A stretch of 64,000 nucleotides of DNA from an uncultured Candidatus Binatia bacterium (GTDB lineage: Bacteria > Desulfobacterota > Binatia > Bin18), in NCBI GenBank assembly GCA_965200965.1, contig OZ241744.1, forward strand, positions 1,088,001-1,152,000, written 5' to 3'. The translations under genes and the position numbers were made by a program. Below the pieces are notes generated by a model. That model made no database searches. It saw only the letters and a list, made by a program, of their open reading frames with translations, and had not been told where the DNA came from. Below, piece after piece: positions 30,785-40,467 of the stretch (the stretch's first letter is position 1; each line of letters opens with the position of its first letter).

Positions 30785-32053
30785 TCAGGGTGCGCCCTTG
30801 GCTGCCGCACCGGCACAGACCTCCGGATGCTGCTTCAGCCACTCGAGCAAGGCCTCCGCGGCCCAGCGGTGGCCGGTCACATTCCAGTGAGCGTCGTGAC
30901 GCCACTGCGCATCTCTGAGCGTGGCCCCCTGGCGGAGTATATAATCAGCCTGATCAATCACGGGAATGCCAAGCGCCGCAGCCAGGGCCTGCAGCCGGTC
31001 AAATATGCCAGTTCCCCAGAACCTCATCTTCGTGCGGTGGGACGCCAGAATAACCAGCCTGGCCCCGTCACGGGCGGCGCGCGCCTTGAACTGCTCGAGT
31101 GCAAAGGCCGTGTAATCCACGGCATCCGCGAACACAGGCGGCAACGCAGCTTGCGCGAACATCCCGACCATACTGCCCGTAATCGGCTGCCACCCCTCCA
31201 ACACTGTGGCATAGCGCGGACGTTGGCCCAGCAACTCTACTCGCCCGCTGATCCGCTGCGACCAGTCGAGGGCCCGGCGGAAAGGAATCCAGCGCTTGGT
31301 GTTCGGCTTGGCAGCCAGCCACTTCGCAAACCAGGACAACTGGATCGCTTTCTGTGCAGCGTGAAAGCGCCAGGGTTGAGGAGAGGGGGGGGGGAAGGGA
31401 GGCAACCAGCCAGGATTGGGAGAGGGGGGACGGAGTGCCAGCGTCCCATCCGGGTGCCTTATCGCGCTCGGCGATGGGAGGCGGTCCGGGTCTTCGCCCA
31501 TGTCCAATGCCCAGAGAATGGGAGCGTTGTTCAGAAAATCGTTCGGCACGAACACCAGGACTACCAGCTTGGGACGGAGAACCCGGACATAGGCGTCGTA
31601 GAGCGCGAGTTGCCAGACTTGGCCGCTATTGTTCCGTCCAAAGGCCGAGGTGGTGATCTGCAGGTGGGGCAGGTGGCGGGCAGCGAGTGCCTCAAGGCGG
31701 ACGTGAAACTTGTCGGCGATGGGGACCTGCGTCGCCGCCACGAGGGAGTCGCCGATCATGGTGAGGTGGCAGCTTGCCGCGGCGCGTGCGGGACTCGGGG
31801 GATCCCGGTCAAGGAAGCCCAGGCGGTTGGTGCGGGAGATGGTCCAGTAGTCGAGCCGGTTCGTAGAGCGCACCTCGCTATAGGGCTTCCACAGGCGTCC
31901 AACCCCAGGGATGAAGTGGGAGGGGCCGCGCGAGGTCATGAACGGCGTCGTCAGCCGGAAGTACGCCTCTCCGCCGAGCGCAATCAGGGCTAAGCCCCCG
32001 AGGAGGAGCAGCGCGTTCCAGCCGACCACGCGCAAGGCGGGGCGAAGTGTCAT
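30785..32053 (-). CDS. SGNH/GDSL hydrolase-like protein, paralog B
   Basis: IGDSL, PNDF, DAHWN. Start placed by alignment with the paralogs (MTLRPALRVVGWN). Confidence 0.8.
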   Translation of the reverse strand: MTLRPALRVVGWNALLLLGGLALIALGGEAYFRLTTPFMTSRGPSHFIPGVGRLWKPYSEVRSTNRLDYWTISRTNRLGFLDRDPPSPARAAASCHLTMIGDSLVAATQVPIADKFHVRLEALAARHLPHLQITTSAFGRNNSGQVWQLALYDAYVRVLRPKLVVLVFVPNDFLNNAPILWALDMGEDPDRLPSPSAIRHPDGTLALRPPSPNPGWLPPFPPPSPQPWRFHAAQKAIQLSWFAKWLAAKPNTKRWIPFRRALDWSQRISGRVELLGQRPRYATVLEGWQPITGSMVGMFAQAALPPVFADAVDYTAFALEQFKARAARDGARLVILASHRTKMRFWGTGIFDRLQALAAALGIPVIDQADYILRQGATLRDAQWRHDAHWNVTGHRWAAEALLEWLKQHPEVCAGAAAKGAP

Positions 32054-32147
32054 GGAGAAGAGAGGATACACCTGTTTCCTTGCTACTGTCGTTGACCAGC
32101 GCGTTCCAGAGCGACTGAACACGCGTATTTGCGCACCCCGCAGACTT

Positions 32148-33416
32148 TCACGGTGCGCCCTTGGTTGCCGCACCAGCACAGACCTCCTGGTGCTGCCTCA
32201 GCCATTCGAGCAGCGCCCCCGCGGCCCAGCGGTGGCCGGCGATGTTCCAGTGTGCATTGTGACGCCACTGCGCATCTCTGAGCGTAGCCCCCTGGCGGAG
32301 GATGTAGGCGGCCTGATCAATCACGGGAATGCCAAGCCCCGCGGCCATGCCCTGCAGTCGGTCAAATAGGCGAGGTCCCCAGGACTTCAGCTTCATATCG
32401 TGGGACGCCAGAATGACCAGCCTGGTCCCGTCACGGGCGGCGCGCACCTTGAACTGATCGAGTGCAAATGCCGTATAATCCAGGGCATCCTTGAACAATG
32501 GCAGCAGATCAACTTGCCCGAACATCTGCATCATCTCATTCCGTGTAGTCGGCAGCCTCCCCTCTAGCAGTGCGGCATAGCGTGGGCGTTGACGCAACAA
32601 CTCTACTTGTTGGGCGAATATCTGTTTGGAAGCCGGGCGGGAAGAAAACCACCGCTTCATATGCCCATCCATCTTTTTAGCCAGCCAACTCACAAACCAG
32701 GATAGCTTGCTGGCTTCCTCTATAGCACGAACGCTCCAGGATTGGGGAGGGGCAGGGAGGCCAGGCAACCTGGCAGGAGCGGGATGGGGGGGACGGAGTG
32801 CCAGCGTCCCATCCGGGTGCCTTGCCACACTGACTTCCGAGAGGCGGTCCGGGTCCCAGTCCCTGCCTAATGTCCGCAGAATTGGAGAGTTGTTCAGAAA
32901 ATCGTTCAGCACGAAAACCAGGACTACCAGCTTGGGACGGAGAACCCGGGCATAGGCATCGTAGGACGCGAGTTGCTGGACCTGCCCGGTACCGTGCCGT
33001 CCGAAGGCCGAAGTAGTGACATTCAGGTGGGGCAGGTCGCGGGCAGCGAGTGCCTCAAGCCGGACATGGAACTTGTCGGCGATGGGGACCTGCCTCGCCT
33101 CTACGAAGGAGTCGCCAATCATGGCGAGGTGACAACTTGCCGCGGCGCGTGCGGGACTCGGGGGCTCCCGGTCAAGGAAGCCCAGGCGGTTGGCGCGGGA
33201 GACGGTCCAGAAGTCGAACTGGTTCGTATAGCGCACCTCCGTGTAGGGCTTCCGCATGCGCCCGACCTTGGGGACGAAATGGAACTGATCGCGTACTGTC
33301 ATAAACGGCGTCGTCAGCCGGAAGTACGCCTCCCCGCCGAGCACAATCAGGATCAGCCCCCCGAGGAGGAGCAGCGCGTTCCAGCCCACCACGCGCAAAG
33401 CACGGCGAAGTGTCAT
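32148..33416 (-). CDS. SGNH/GDSL hydrolase-like protein, paralog C
   Basis: IGDSF, LNDF, NAHWN. Confidence 0.8.
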   Translation of the reverse strand: MTLRRALRVVGWNALLLLGGLILIVLGGEAYFRLTTPFMTVRDQFHFVPKVGRMRKPYTEVRYTNQFDFWTVSRANRLGFLDREPPSPARAAASCHLAMIGDSFVEARQVPIADKFHVRLEALAARDLPHLNVTTSAFGRHGTGQVQQLASYDAYARVLRPKLVVLVFVLNDFLNNSPILRTLGRDWDPDRLSEVSVARHPDGTLALRPPHPAPARLPGLPAPPQSWSVRAIEEASKLSWFVSWLAKKMDGHMKRWFSSRPASKQIFAQQVELLRQRPRYAALLEGRLPTTRNEMMQMFGQVDLLPLFKDALDYTAFALDQFKVRAARDGTRLVILASHDMKLKSWGPRLFDRLQGMAAGLGIPVIDQAAYILRQGATLRDAQWRHNAHWNIAGHRWAAGALLEWLRQHQEVCAGAATKGAP

Positions 33417-33760
33417 GGAGAAGAGAGAGGATAAGATTTCCTTAGAGAAACACTTGCAGCAGCATCATTCCTGTTACACCGTAGCACACTGCCCGGCCAA
33501 TGTCCCCCCCCTCCCCCCGCCCGGCACCGTAGCCACTAATGGACCGACAGGGTGAGCCGTATCCACCTGTCAGGAGCACGCGGTATTGGACCACCTCCCT
33601 TGTCCGGTTTCACAGACCCGGCTCGGCCTTGTCGCCCTGCCGCTCTGCTGTTACCCTGACGCTCCACCTGCGGAACGCATGTCAGCACCCCATGCCTGGC
33701 GACGAGAGAACGAGCGACGTGCAGGAAACCGCACGAGACCTTCAATTCCCAAGGCGGTCC

Positions 33761-35158
33761 ATGCCGGTCCCGCCCGACATGCGCCACTTGAAGACAGCGT
33801 TCGTTTCCCGCGCACTGGACGCTCTCGTCATCCTGCTTGGGCTGTGGGCTGGTGTCGCGCTGCGCGGGATAGCCTGGACCGACCGCTACACCATCGCCGG
33901 CGTTCTTGCCGTGCTCTTCTTTCATGTCTGCGGGGAGAGTGTCCGGCTCTACCGTCCTTGGCGCGGTGCCTCGCCCCGTCAATATCTGTGGCCGGTGCTC
34001 ATCGCCTGGCTATGGACAGGATTCGGCCTCTTCGTGCTGGCCTGGGTCATGAAGACCACCGGCCACTACTCGCGGATAGCCGTCGGGCTGTGGATGATCT
34101 TCGGCCTGCTCGGCCTGACGGCGTGGCGGGTGTCGAGCCGCGCCTTGCTCGGCGTAGTGCGGGCGCACGGCCACGATACACGGCGCGTCGTGATTGCCGG
34201 TACCGGCGAGCACGGCCAGCGGCTCGCGCATGTCATGCGCTCAACCCCTTCCCTCGGCCTGACCCTGGCCGGCTTCTTCGCCGACCCGGAAGATGAAGAA
34301 CTCCAGGGGGAAGCCCTGCCCACGCCGAGGCTCGGAGACCTCGCCTGTCTGGTGAAACGGACCGAGGCGGGCGAGTTCGACCGCGTCTATGTCGCCCTGC
34401 CTCTGAAGGCCGAAGAACGGGTCAGGGAGTTGGTCCTGGCCTTGTCCAATACCAGCGTAGCCACCTGCATTGTCCCGGCTCCCTTCGTCCACGATCTGGC
34501 CCATTCCCGCTGGACCGCGGTCGGGCCGATACCAGTCATCAATGTCTTCGAAGCGCCGTCCTCGGGCATCACTGGATGGGTCAAGCGAGCGGAAGACCTC
34601 CTGCTCTCGATCCTCATCCTGAGTGTCGCCGCGGTCCCCATGCTGCTGATCGCAGCTGCCATCAAGCTCACGTCTGTCGGCCCGGCGCTGTTCAAACAGC
34701 GCCGGGCCGGGCTCGACGGCCGCGAGATCACGGTGTGGAAGTTTCGCACTATGACCGTGCAGGAAGACGGCGACGACGTGACCCTGGTCGTCAGGGGGGA
34801 CAAACGGGTGACCCCATTCGGCGCGTTCCTGCGCCGTACCTCACTCGACGAGTTGCCCCAGTTTCTCAACGTCCTGCGCGGCGACATGTCCATCGTGGGT
34901 CCGAGGCCCCACGCCGTTGTCATCAACGAAGAGTATCGCCGACTGATTCCTGGCTACATGTTGCGGCACAGGGTCAAGCCCGGACTCACCGGCTGGGCGC
35001 AGGTCCACGGCTGGCGCGGACCGACCGACCGGCTCGAGCAGATAGAGCGGCGGGTCCAGTTCGACCTCTGGTACATCCGCAACTGGTCCCTGTGGCTGGA
35101 CTTGTGGATCATCGCCAGGACGGCCCTGTGCGGATTTGCCGACGACAACGCCTATTGA
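33761..35158 (+). CDS. wcaJ: Undecaprenyl-phosphate glucose phosphotransferase (WcaJ-like priming transferase)
   Basis: Four N-terminal TMs, KRAED, KFRTM, RRTSLDELPQF, SIVGPRP, VKPGLTGWAQVHG, DLWYIRNWS. Start codon uncertain. Confidence 0.88.
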   Translation: MPVPPDMRHLKTAFVSRALDALVILLGLWAGVALRGIAWTDRYTIAGVLAVLFFHVCGESVRLYRPWRGASPRQYLWPVLIAWLWTGFGLFVLAWVMKTTGHYSRIAVGLWMIFGLLGLTAWRVSSRALLGVVRAHGHDTRRVVIAGTGEHGQRLAHVMRSTPSLGLTLAGFFADPEDEELQGEALPTPRLGDLACLVKRTEAGEFDRVYVALPLKAEERVRELVLALSNTSVATCIVPAPFVHDLAHSRWTAVGPIPVINVFEAPSSGITGWVKRAEDLLLSILILSVAAVPMLLIAAAIKLTSVGPALFKQRRAGLDGREITVWKFRTMTVQEDGDDVTLVVRGDKRVTPFGAFLRRTSLDELPQFLNVLRGDMSIVGPRPHAVVINEEYRRLIPGYMLRHRVKPGLTGWAQVHGWRGPTDRLEQIERRVQFDLWYIRNWSLWLDLWIIARTALCGFADDNAY

Positions 35159-35233
35159 CGCCCCCCCGGCGCGGCGTCACTGATGATGTCAACGACCCGG
35201 TGCGAAGATATGGCAGCCCCTCAAAGAAGCGCC

Positions 35234-35392
35234 ATGGCACACCGTAAACTGCCCAGCGGCATTCAGACCTTCCGGGAATCCGCGAGGACGGCAGCTACGC
35301 CGTTGACAAGACCGCCTACGCGGCGCGGCTGACGGCGGAGGGCAAACGCTCCTCTCTGTCCCGCCCGCGTCGCTTCGGCAAGAGCCTGTTCG
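35234..35392 (+). pseudogene. N-terminal remnant of an AAA-ATPase-like / PD-(D/E)XK nuclease gene
   Basis: Manual translation with one frameshift: MAHRKLPSGIQTFRE / REDGSYAVDKTAY...SLSRPRRFGKSLF, matching the LPxGIQTF..YVDKT..SRPRRFGKS signature. Confidence 0.8.
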
Positions 35393-35518
35393 GTGAAGCG
35401 GGCGGCTTGACGCTCTCCCTTAGCCGTGGCAACAGAAGGCAATGATAACGCCCGGTAACAGAGTCTCGACGATGTGGACCGTGCCCCTGGGCAACTCATC
35501 AGGATAAAGATTCGATAG

Positions 35519-36187
35519 ATGATCATTTCTGTTCATGTACCCAAAACAGCAGGCGCGAGCTTCGCGAAGGGTCTCGAATCACGATTGGGGAAACGTTTGC
35601 TGATTGACATGGCAGAGGACCGGCCTTTGGGGCCTTCTCTCTACTCTTGGCCATCGCGCTGGCGGGGTCGAATCCGAGTTCGCTCCCGGGTGGATGAGTT
35701 GCTTGGCAAGTACGACGCTGTCCACGGTCACTTCATGGCATCCAAATACTTCCCGCTAGGCGATCGCGCCGTCTTTTGCATATTTTTTCGCGATCCGACA
35801 GAGCGGATTCTTTCACAATATCGCTATGCGCTGAAGTCTACATCGAGACACTGGTATGGAAGATATAAGGCCACGCTCCTGTCTCCTCTCCAGTATGCGT
35901 CTCTGCCTCGTCATCAACGGCTCTATGCGTTGATGACCAGCGGCTTGCCCCTTGAGCGGTTCGCCTTCGTCGGCATAACAGAAGAATACGAAGCCAGCTT
36001 GACGCTTTTCAAAGCGATCTTCGGCATTGACGTTCCGTATCACCGGACCAACGTCAATGAAGAAATCCCGGACAAATTCAGCCCTCAAGAGAAAGCAGCG
36101 CTCAGAACGACTCAAGGGGCGAATGCTCGCATTTACGATGCGGCGCGGAGGCGATTCGATAGCCTCTACCGTCAGTGGTGCAGCTGA
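35519..36187 (+). CDS. Sulfotransferase family 2 domain protein
   Basis: HVPKTAGAS (5'-PSB), FRDPTERILSQY (3'-PB), FVGITE. Confidence 0.85.
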   Translation: MIISVHVPKTAGASFAKGLESRLGKRLLIDMAEDRPLGPSLYSWPSRWRGRIRVRSRVDELLGKYDAVHGHFMASKYFPLGDRAVFCIFFRDPTERILSQYRYALKSTSRHWYGRYKATLLSPLQYASLPRHQRLYALMTSGLPLERFAFVGITEEYEASLTLFKAIFGIDVPYHRTNVNEEIPDKFSPQEKAALRTTQGANARIYDAARRRFDSLYRQWCS

Positions 36188-36220
36188 TCCAAAGCAGGCA
36201 GACGGCGAACCGGGGTCCTC

Positions 36221-37027
36221 ATGCAGATACTCACGTCCACCGTCAATGCGCGTTTCGACACGGCGCGGGCGGGTCTGGATCCAACACGCTGCGTCGTGGT
36301 CAACCAACTCATCCCCGAAGGCAGCGACGAGGAGAGATGCGTGCGCTATGACCGGTCCGTCGCCGCCGGGTTCGCCGCCTTCGACGAACGGCGCGAACGC
36401 GGCGTGTCGCGCAGCCGCAACCGGGCGATTGATCTGGCGGCGGCGGAGATTTGCCTGATCGGCGACGACGATATCGTCTATGTTCCCGACGTATGTGATC
36501 GTGTGGAGGACGCTTTTGCCAGGTTCCCGCAAGCGGATATCATTACCTTCAGGCAGAAAACGGCCCCCGACGGGGTGCTGCGCAAACCGTATCCGTACCG
36601 TCCCCGCCCACACTCCCTGGTCAGCGTCTGGCACGTCGGGGGGCCGGAAATCGCCTTTCGACGGTCTCGCGTCCGGGAGGCCGGCCTGTCTTTCGACGAG
36701 GCATTCGGCCTTGGGTCCAGGTACGGATCGGACGAAGAGCCCATATTTCTGGCGGACGCCCTCCGCAAGGGCCTGAAACTCATCTTCGTCCCCGACACCA
36801 TCTCCTTCCATCCCATGAACTCAACGGCGTCGCGCGGCACCACCGATACAACCCTGATGTCCTCCAAGGGAGCGGCGATGAAGCGCATTTATGGCAGACT
36901 CGCTCCTCTTGCCATTTGCGTATTTGCCGGCAGGAAGATGATGCAGAGGCGAACCCTGTCGCCGACACTCCTGTGTCGGATGTTCAGGGCATGGGCCGAT
37001 TATGAAAACAGGAAGCACCAGGCTTGA
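36221..37027 (+). CDS. Glycosyltransferase family 2
   Basis: VVNQ, GVSRSRNRAI, IGDDD, FDEAFGLGS...EE.IFL. Confidence 0.85.
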   Translation: MQILTSTVNARFDTARAGLDPTRCVVVNQLIPEGSDEERCVRYDRSVAAGFAAFDERRERGVSRSRNRAIDLAAAEICLIGDDDIVYVPDVCDRVEDAFARFPQADIITFRQKTAPDGVLRKPYPYRPRPHSLVSVWHVGGPEIAFRRSRVREAGLSFDEAFGLGSRYGSDEEPIFLADALRKGLKLIFVPDTISFHPMNSTASRGTTDTTLMSSKGAAMKRIYGRLAPLAICVFAGRKMMQRRTLSPTLLCRMFRAWADYENRKHQA

Positions 37028-37148
37028 CAAGCAAGTTGGTTTCGGCCCATGCGGCACCCAATCCATCGCCCGATTTTTCAAAGGGACAGGCCGATTGATT
37101 CCCGGATGCCATGGCATAATCCCGAAAAGCTCCTGTGGAGCGACTCGG

Positions 37149-38390
37149 TCAAGGCCGTTTGACGGCGTTCGGCGGCCCGTCACAGACCTTCGGGTGCTGC
37201 CTCAGCCATTCGAGCAGCGCCTCCGCGGCCCAGCGGTGGCCGGTCACATTCCAGTGAGCGTTGTGGTGCCACTCTGCATCTCTGAGCGTGGCCCCCTGGC
37301 GGAGGATGTAGGCAGCCTGATCGATGACGGGAATGCCGAGCGCCGCGGCCATGCCCTGCATCCGGTCAAATAGGCGAGGTCCCCAGAACTTCATGCGGTG
37401 GGACGCCAGAATGACCAGCCTGGCCCCGTCACGGTCGACGCGTGCCTTGAATTGCTCAAGCGCAAAGGCCGTGTAATCCAGGGCCTCCTCAAACAATGGC
37501 GGCAGTTCAGCTTGCCCGAATGTCCGGTCTATCTCGCGTAGCGTACTCGGTGGCAATCCTTTGAAGAGCGCAGCATAGCGCGGGCGTTGGCGCAACAACT
37601 CCGCCCGCCTCCTGTGGTTGAGGTCCCGGGCGATACGGCCCGGCCTCATCCTGGCCGCCAACCAGCTCCCGAACCAGGGGCGCTTGGCTACTGTCTCTAT
37701 GGCGGATGTAATACGGCCGGCCCGGGATTGAGGCAACCTGAGCCTCGCACGGTCGGGATGGGGGGGACGTAATGTCAGCGTCCCATCCGGGTGCCTTGCC
37801 ACGCTCGGCTCCGGAAGGTGTGCTGGATCGTATCCCGTCCCCAGTGCCCGCAGAATTGGAGCGTTGTTCTTAAAATCGTTCGGCACGAACACCAGGACTA
37901 CCAGCTTGGAATGCAGAGGCCGTGCGTAGGCGTCGTAGAGTGCGAGTTGCTGGACTTGGCCGGTGGCTCCGAGCCCAAAGGCCGAGGTGGTGATGTGCAG
38001 GTGGGGCAGGTCGCGGGCAGCGAGCGCCTCGAGGCGGATGTGGAACTTGTCGGCGATGGGGACCTGCATCGCCTCCACGAAGGAGTCGCCGATCATGGTG
38101 AGGTGGCAGCTTGCCGCGGCGCGCGCGGGGCTCGGAGGGTCCCGGTCGAGGAAGCCCAGGCGGTTGGTGCGGGAGACGGTCCAGAAGTCGAGCCGGTTTG
38201 TATGGCGCGTCTCTGTATGGGGCTTCCGCAGGAATCCAACCCCAGGGATGAAGTGGACGGAGCTGCGCGGGGTCATGAACGGTGTCGTCAGCCGGAAGTA
38301 CGCCTCCCCGCCGAGCGCAATCAGGACCAAGCCCCCGAGGAGGAGCAGCACATTCCAGCCGATGAGGCGCAAGGCAGGGCGAAGCTTCAT
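37149..38390 (-). CDS. SGNH/GDSL hydrolase-like protein, paralog D
   Basis: IGDSF, PNDF, NAHWN. Start MKLRPALRLIGWN placed by alignment. Confidence 0.8.
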   Translation of the reverse strand: MKLRPALRLIGWNVLLLLGGLVLIALGGEAYFRLTTPFMTPRSSVHFIPGVGFLRKPHTETRHTNRLDFWTVSRTNRLGFLDRDPPSPARAAASCHLTMIGDSFVEAMQVPIADKFHIRLEALAARDLPHLHITTSAFGLGATGQVQQLALYDAYARPLHSKLVVLVFVPNDFKNNAPILRALGTGYDPAHLPEPSVARHPDGTLTLRPPHPDRARLRLPQSRAGRITSAIETVAKRPWFGSWLAARMRPGRIARDLNHRRRAELLRQRPRYAALFKGLPPSTLREIDRTFGQAELPPLFEEALDYTAFALEQFKARVDRDGARLVILASHRMKFWGPRLFDRMQGMAAALGIPVIDQAAYILRQGATLRDAEWHHNAHWNVTGHRWAAEALLEWLRQHPKVCDGPPNAVKRP

Positions 38391-38424
38391 GGAGCGGAAG
38401 AGAGGCACACCTGTTTCCTTGTCA

Positions 38425-40467
38425 CTAGGGCGGCGACTGCCAAGTGTGCAAGCTCCTCCGCGCATCGCTGAAGGTGAATGTGCCCTTCCAGATATCCCCT
38501 CCGCGATCAAACTGGCCGGTCTCGATAGCAGCGATAGCGTAGGCAGGCAGAGAGCGCATCGCGATGCAACGCCAGCCAATTGACCCCCCATAGTGGTTCA
38601 AACTGAAATCGAACGCATTGAACGCGTCCCGCTGACGATGCCCCGGCAGATCGGCCGGGTCTACCGGGAAGATGTGCAGGAAAAACCGCGGTCCGGTATA
38701 GCCGGCGTCGCCGTCACCGCAGGCATCCCGAACATAGATCAGTCTGTTATGTTTCTCGTCCAGATACACATCGAAATGAGAACGGATGACGGGGCGGGCA
38801 TCCTTCAGCAGGGCGTGAAAGGCGTGAACAACCGAATCGTTGTGCTGTGCCGCGGAACCGCTGTCGGATGGCGGACGGCTCTGGAGGATGACGCCATCTT
38901 CCAGGATGGCTGCGACTTCCATTCCCGGCAGGGCACCCAAATCTTGCAGGTCATAGTCGTAGTTGCGCCGCCAGAAATCTCTGTAGAACACGGCGAACAC
39001 GATCTCTTCGCCACCCGGGTGCCTGTGTCTGTTGTCAAGCCGATATTTCACATCCGAAAAACGGAGCCCCAAACCGATCGTCTCCCCATCCCGAAATGCT
39101 TTCAAAAAATAAAACAGCGGGGCGGCGTTGCTCACGATGGGGTGGGCAGGTGGGTGAGCCTTCAGATAACGAACAAGCTCGGATTCAGCCCACTGCCTGG
39201 AGTTGTATCCAACTCCGTTATCGATCCACTCTCTTATATCATCGTAATTTGCGCCGACCTGTAACACAAGCCAAAGAGAGACGAGAATCCATCCGGGTTT
39301 CCCTGTTATCATCTTCTTCAACGACGGCGGTCTTGATGCATGAGAGTTCGAGATGAACTCGCCCAGGATGATCGTCGCCGCTACTAATAATGGTGGAAAC
39401 ATGGGCTGCAGATACCTGCTCGGAAGCGTAACGTCGGCAAGGGGAAGGTAGATCATCAGGAAAAGCGCATACACCGACAGAAAAACGATGGAGACGGTCA
39501 GGATGTCACGATTTCTCCCGAGAAATCCGGGGCGGTAGTATGCCAGCGCGTATCCGACACCGATGACCAACATGAGCAAGACGGCAATTTTCAACACAAC
39601 GGCGGCTGTCGTGACATCTCCGGTGCTCTCGACACCCGCCAGTCTCTGCGGGATCCCGTTCAGGAAATGAAATCCGGTTTCTCCGAAAATCCACCTCGTC
39701 ATTTCATCTGTGGCCACATGGAGACTGATCAGGGCAGAAAATCCGTTGGGTCCGGGTTTTCCAAGAAATGTCCCGATAACGAACACATTTCTCAATGCCC
39801 ACAAGCTGAAAGGCACCGCCGCCACGACAAACCAGACCGCGGCGTTCGTCATTTTCGTCACCACAGTGTTTCTCTGGAATACAAGAACGAGCAGACCGGT
39901 CCCGATCAGCGTCACGCCGATATAACGAGTCAGACAGGCGGCGGCGGCGCTGACCGCCGCCAGGAAAAGAAGAGACCTGTTTCCGGTCCCCAGGAACCGA
40001 TCCAGGGCAAAAAGCGAGACAACGACGAGCAAGATGAACAGCATATCGGTCAGTGCGCACGCCCCAAAAAGGGCCAGCCGGATTGACAAGATGCAGGCGC
40101 AGCCTGCCCAAACAGCCAGAACCGGTGACTGGACGCGACCTTTCAACCACAGGGAGACGACGAAGACCGTCAACCCGAACGCAGCGGCATTGGCATAGCT
40201 GGCGGCCTCCATGACTTCCAAACCGAACAGGCGAGCGACAATGGCCAAAGTCACGGGGAAGAGCGGGCCCGCGCTCTGGTATGGGCGGTCGAGGCTCGTG
40301 ACCAAGCCGTTGCCGTCCAACAGATTCTGCGCGGCCGATATGTACCGGTGCGAGTCCCAGTTCAGCCCTATCCCGTATGTCGTTTGCCGCAACAGAATAA
40401 GCAGAGCGCCGACCCCGCCGAGCGCGACCGGAAACGCCGTCAACCAGTCTCTCTTGAACCTTGTCAT
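38425..40467 (-). CDS. GT-C-like (ArnT/PMT-type) membrane glycosyltransferase with a C-terminal two-Cys domain
   Basis: Many TMs, WDS..Y in the first loop, GPLFP, LTRYIG, RYLQPMFP. The C-terminus reads FDVYLD...C...RFFLHIFPVD...FDF...C...LPAYAI..IETGQ. Confidence 0.75.
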   Translation of the reverse strand: MTRFKRDWLTAFPVALGGVGALLILLRQTTYGIGLNWDSHRYISAAQNLLDGNGLVTSLDRPYQSAGPLFPVTLAIVARLFGLEVMEAASYANAAAFGLTVFVVSLWLKGRVQSPVLAVWAGCACILSIRLALFGACALTDMLFILLVVVSLFALDRFLGTGNRSLLFLAAVSAAAACLTRYIGVTLIGTGLLVLVFQRNTVVTKMTNAAVWFVVAAVPFSLWALRNVFVIGTFLGKPGPNGFSALISLHVATDEMTRWIFGETGFHFLNGIPQRLAGVESTGDVTTAAVVLKIAVLLMLVIGVGYALAYYRPGFLGRNRDILTVSIVFLSVYALFLMIYLPLADVTLPSRYLQPMFPPLLVAATIILGEFISNSHASRPPSLKKMITGKPGWILVSLWLVLQVGANYDDIREWIDNGVGYNSRQWAESELVRYLKAHPPAHPIVSNAAPLFYFLKAFRDGETIGLGLRFSDVKYRLDNRHRHPGGEEIVFAVFYRDFWRRNYDYDLQDLGALPGMEVAAILEDGVILQSRPPSDSGSAAQHNDSVVHAFHALLKDARPVIRSHFDVYLDEKHNRLIYVRDACGDGDAGYTGPRFFLHIFPVDPADLPGHRQRDAFNAFDFSLNHYGGSIGWRCIAMRSLPAYAIAAIETGQFDRGGDIWKGTFTFSDARRSLHTWQSPP

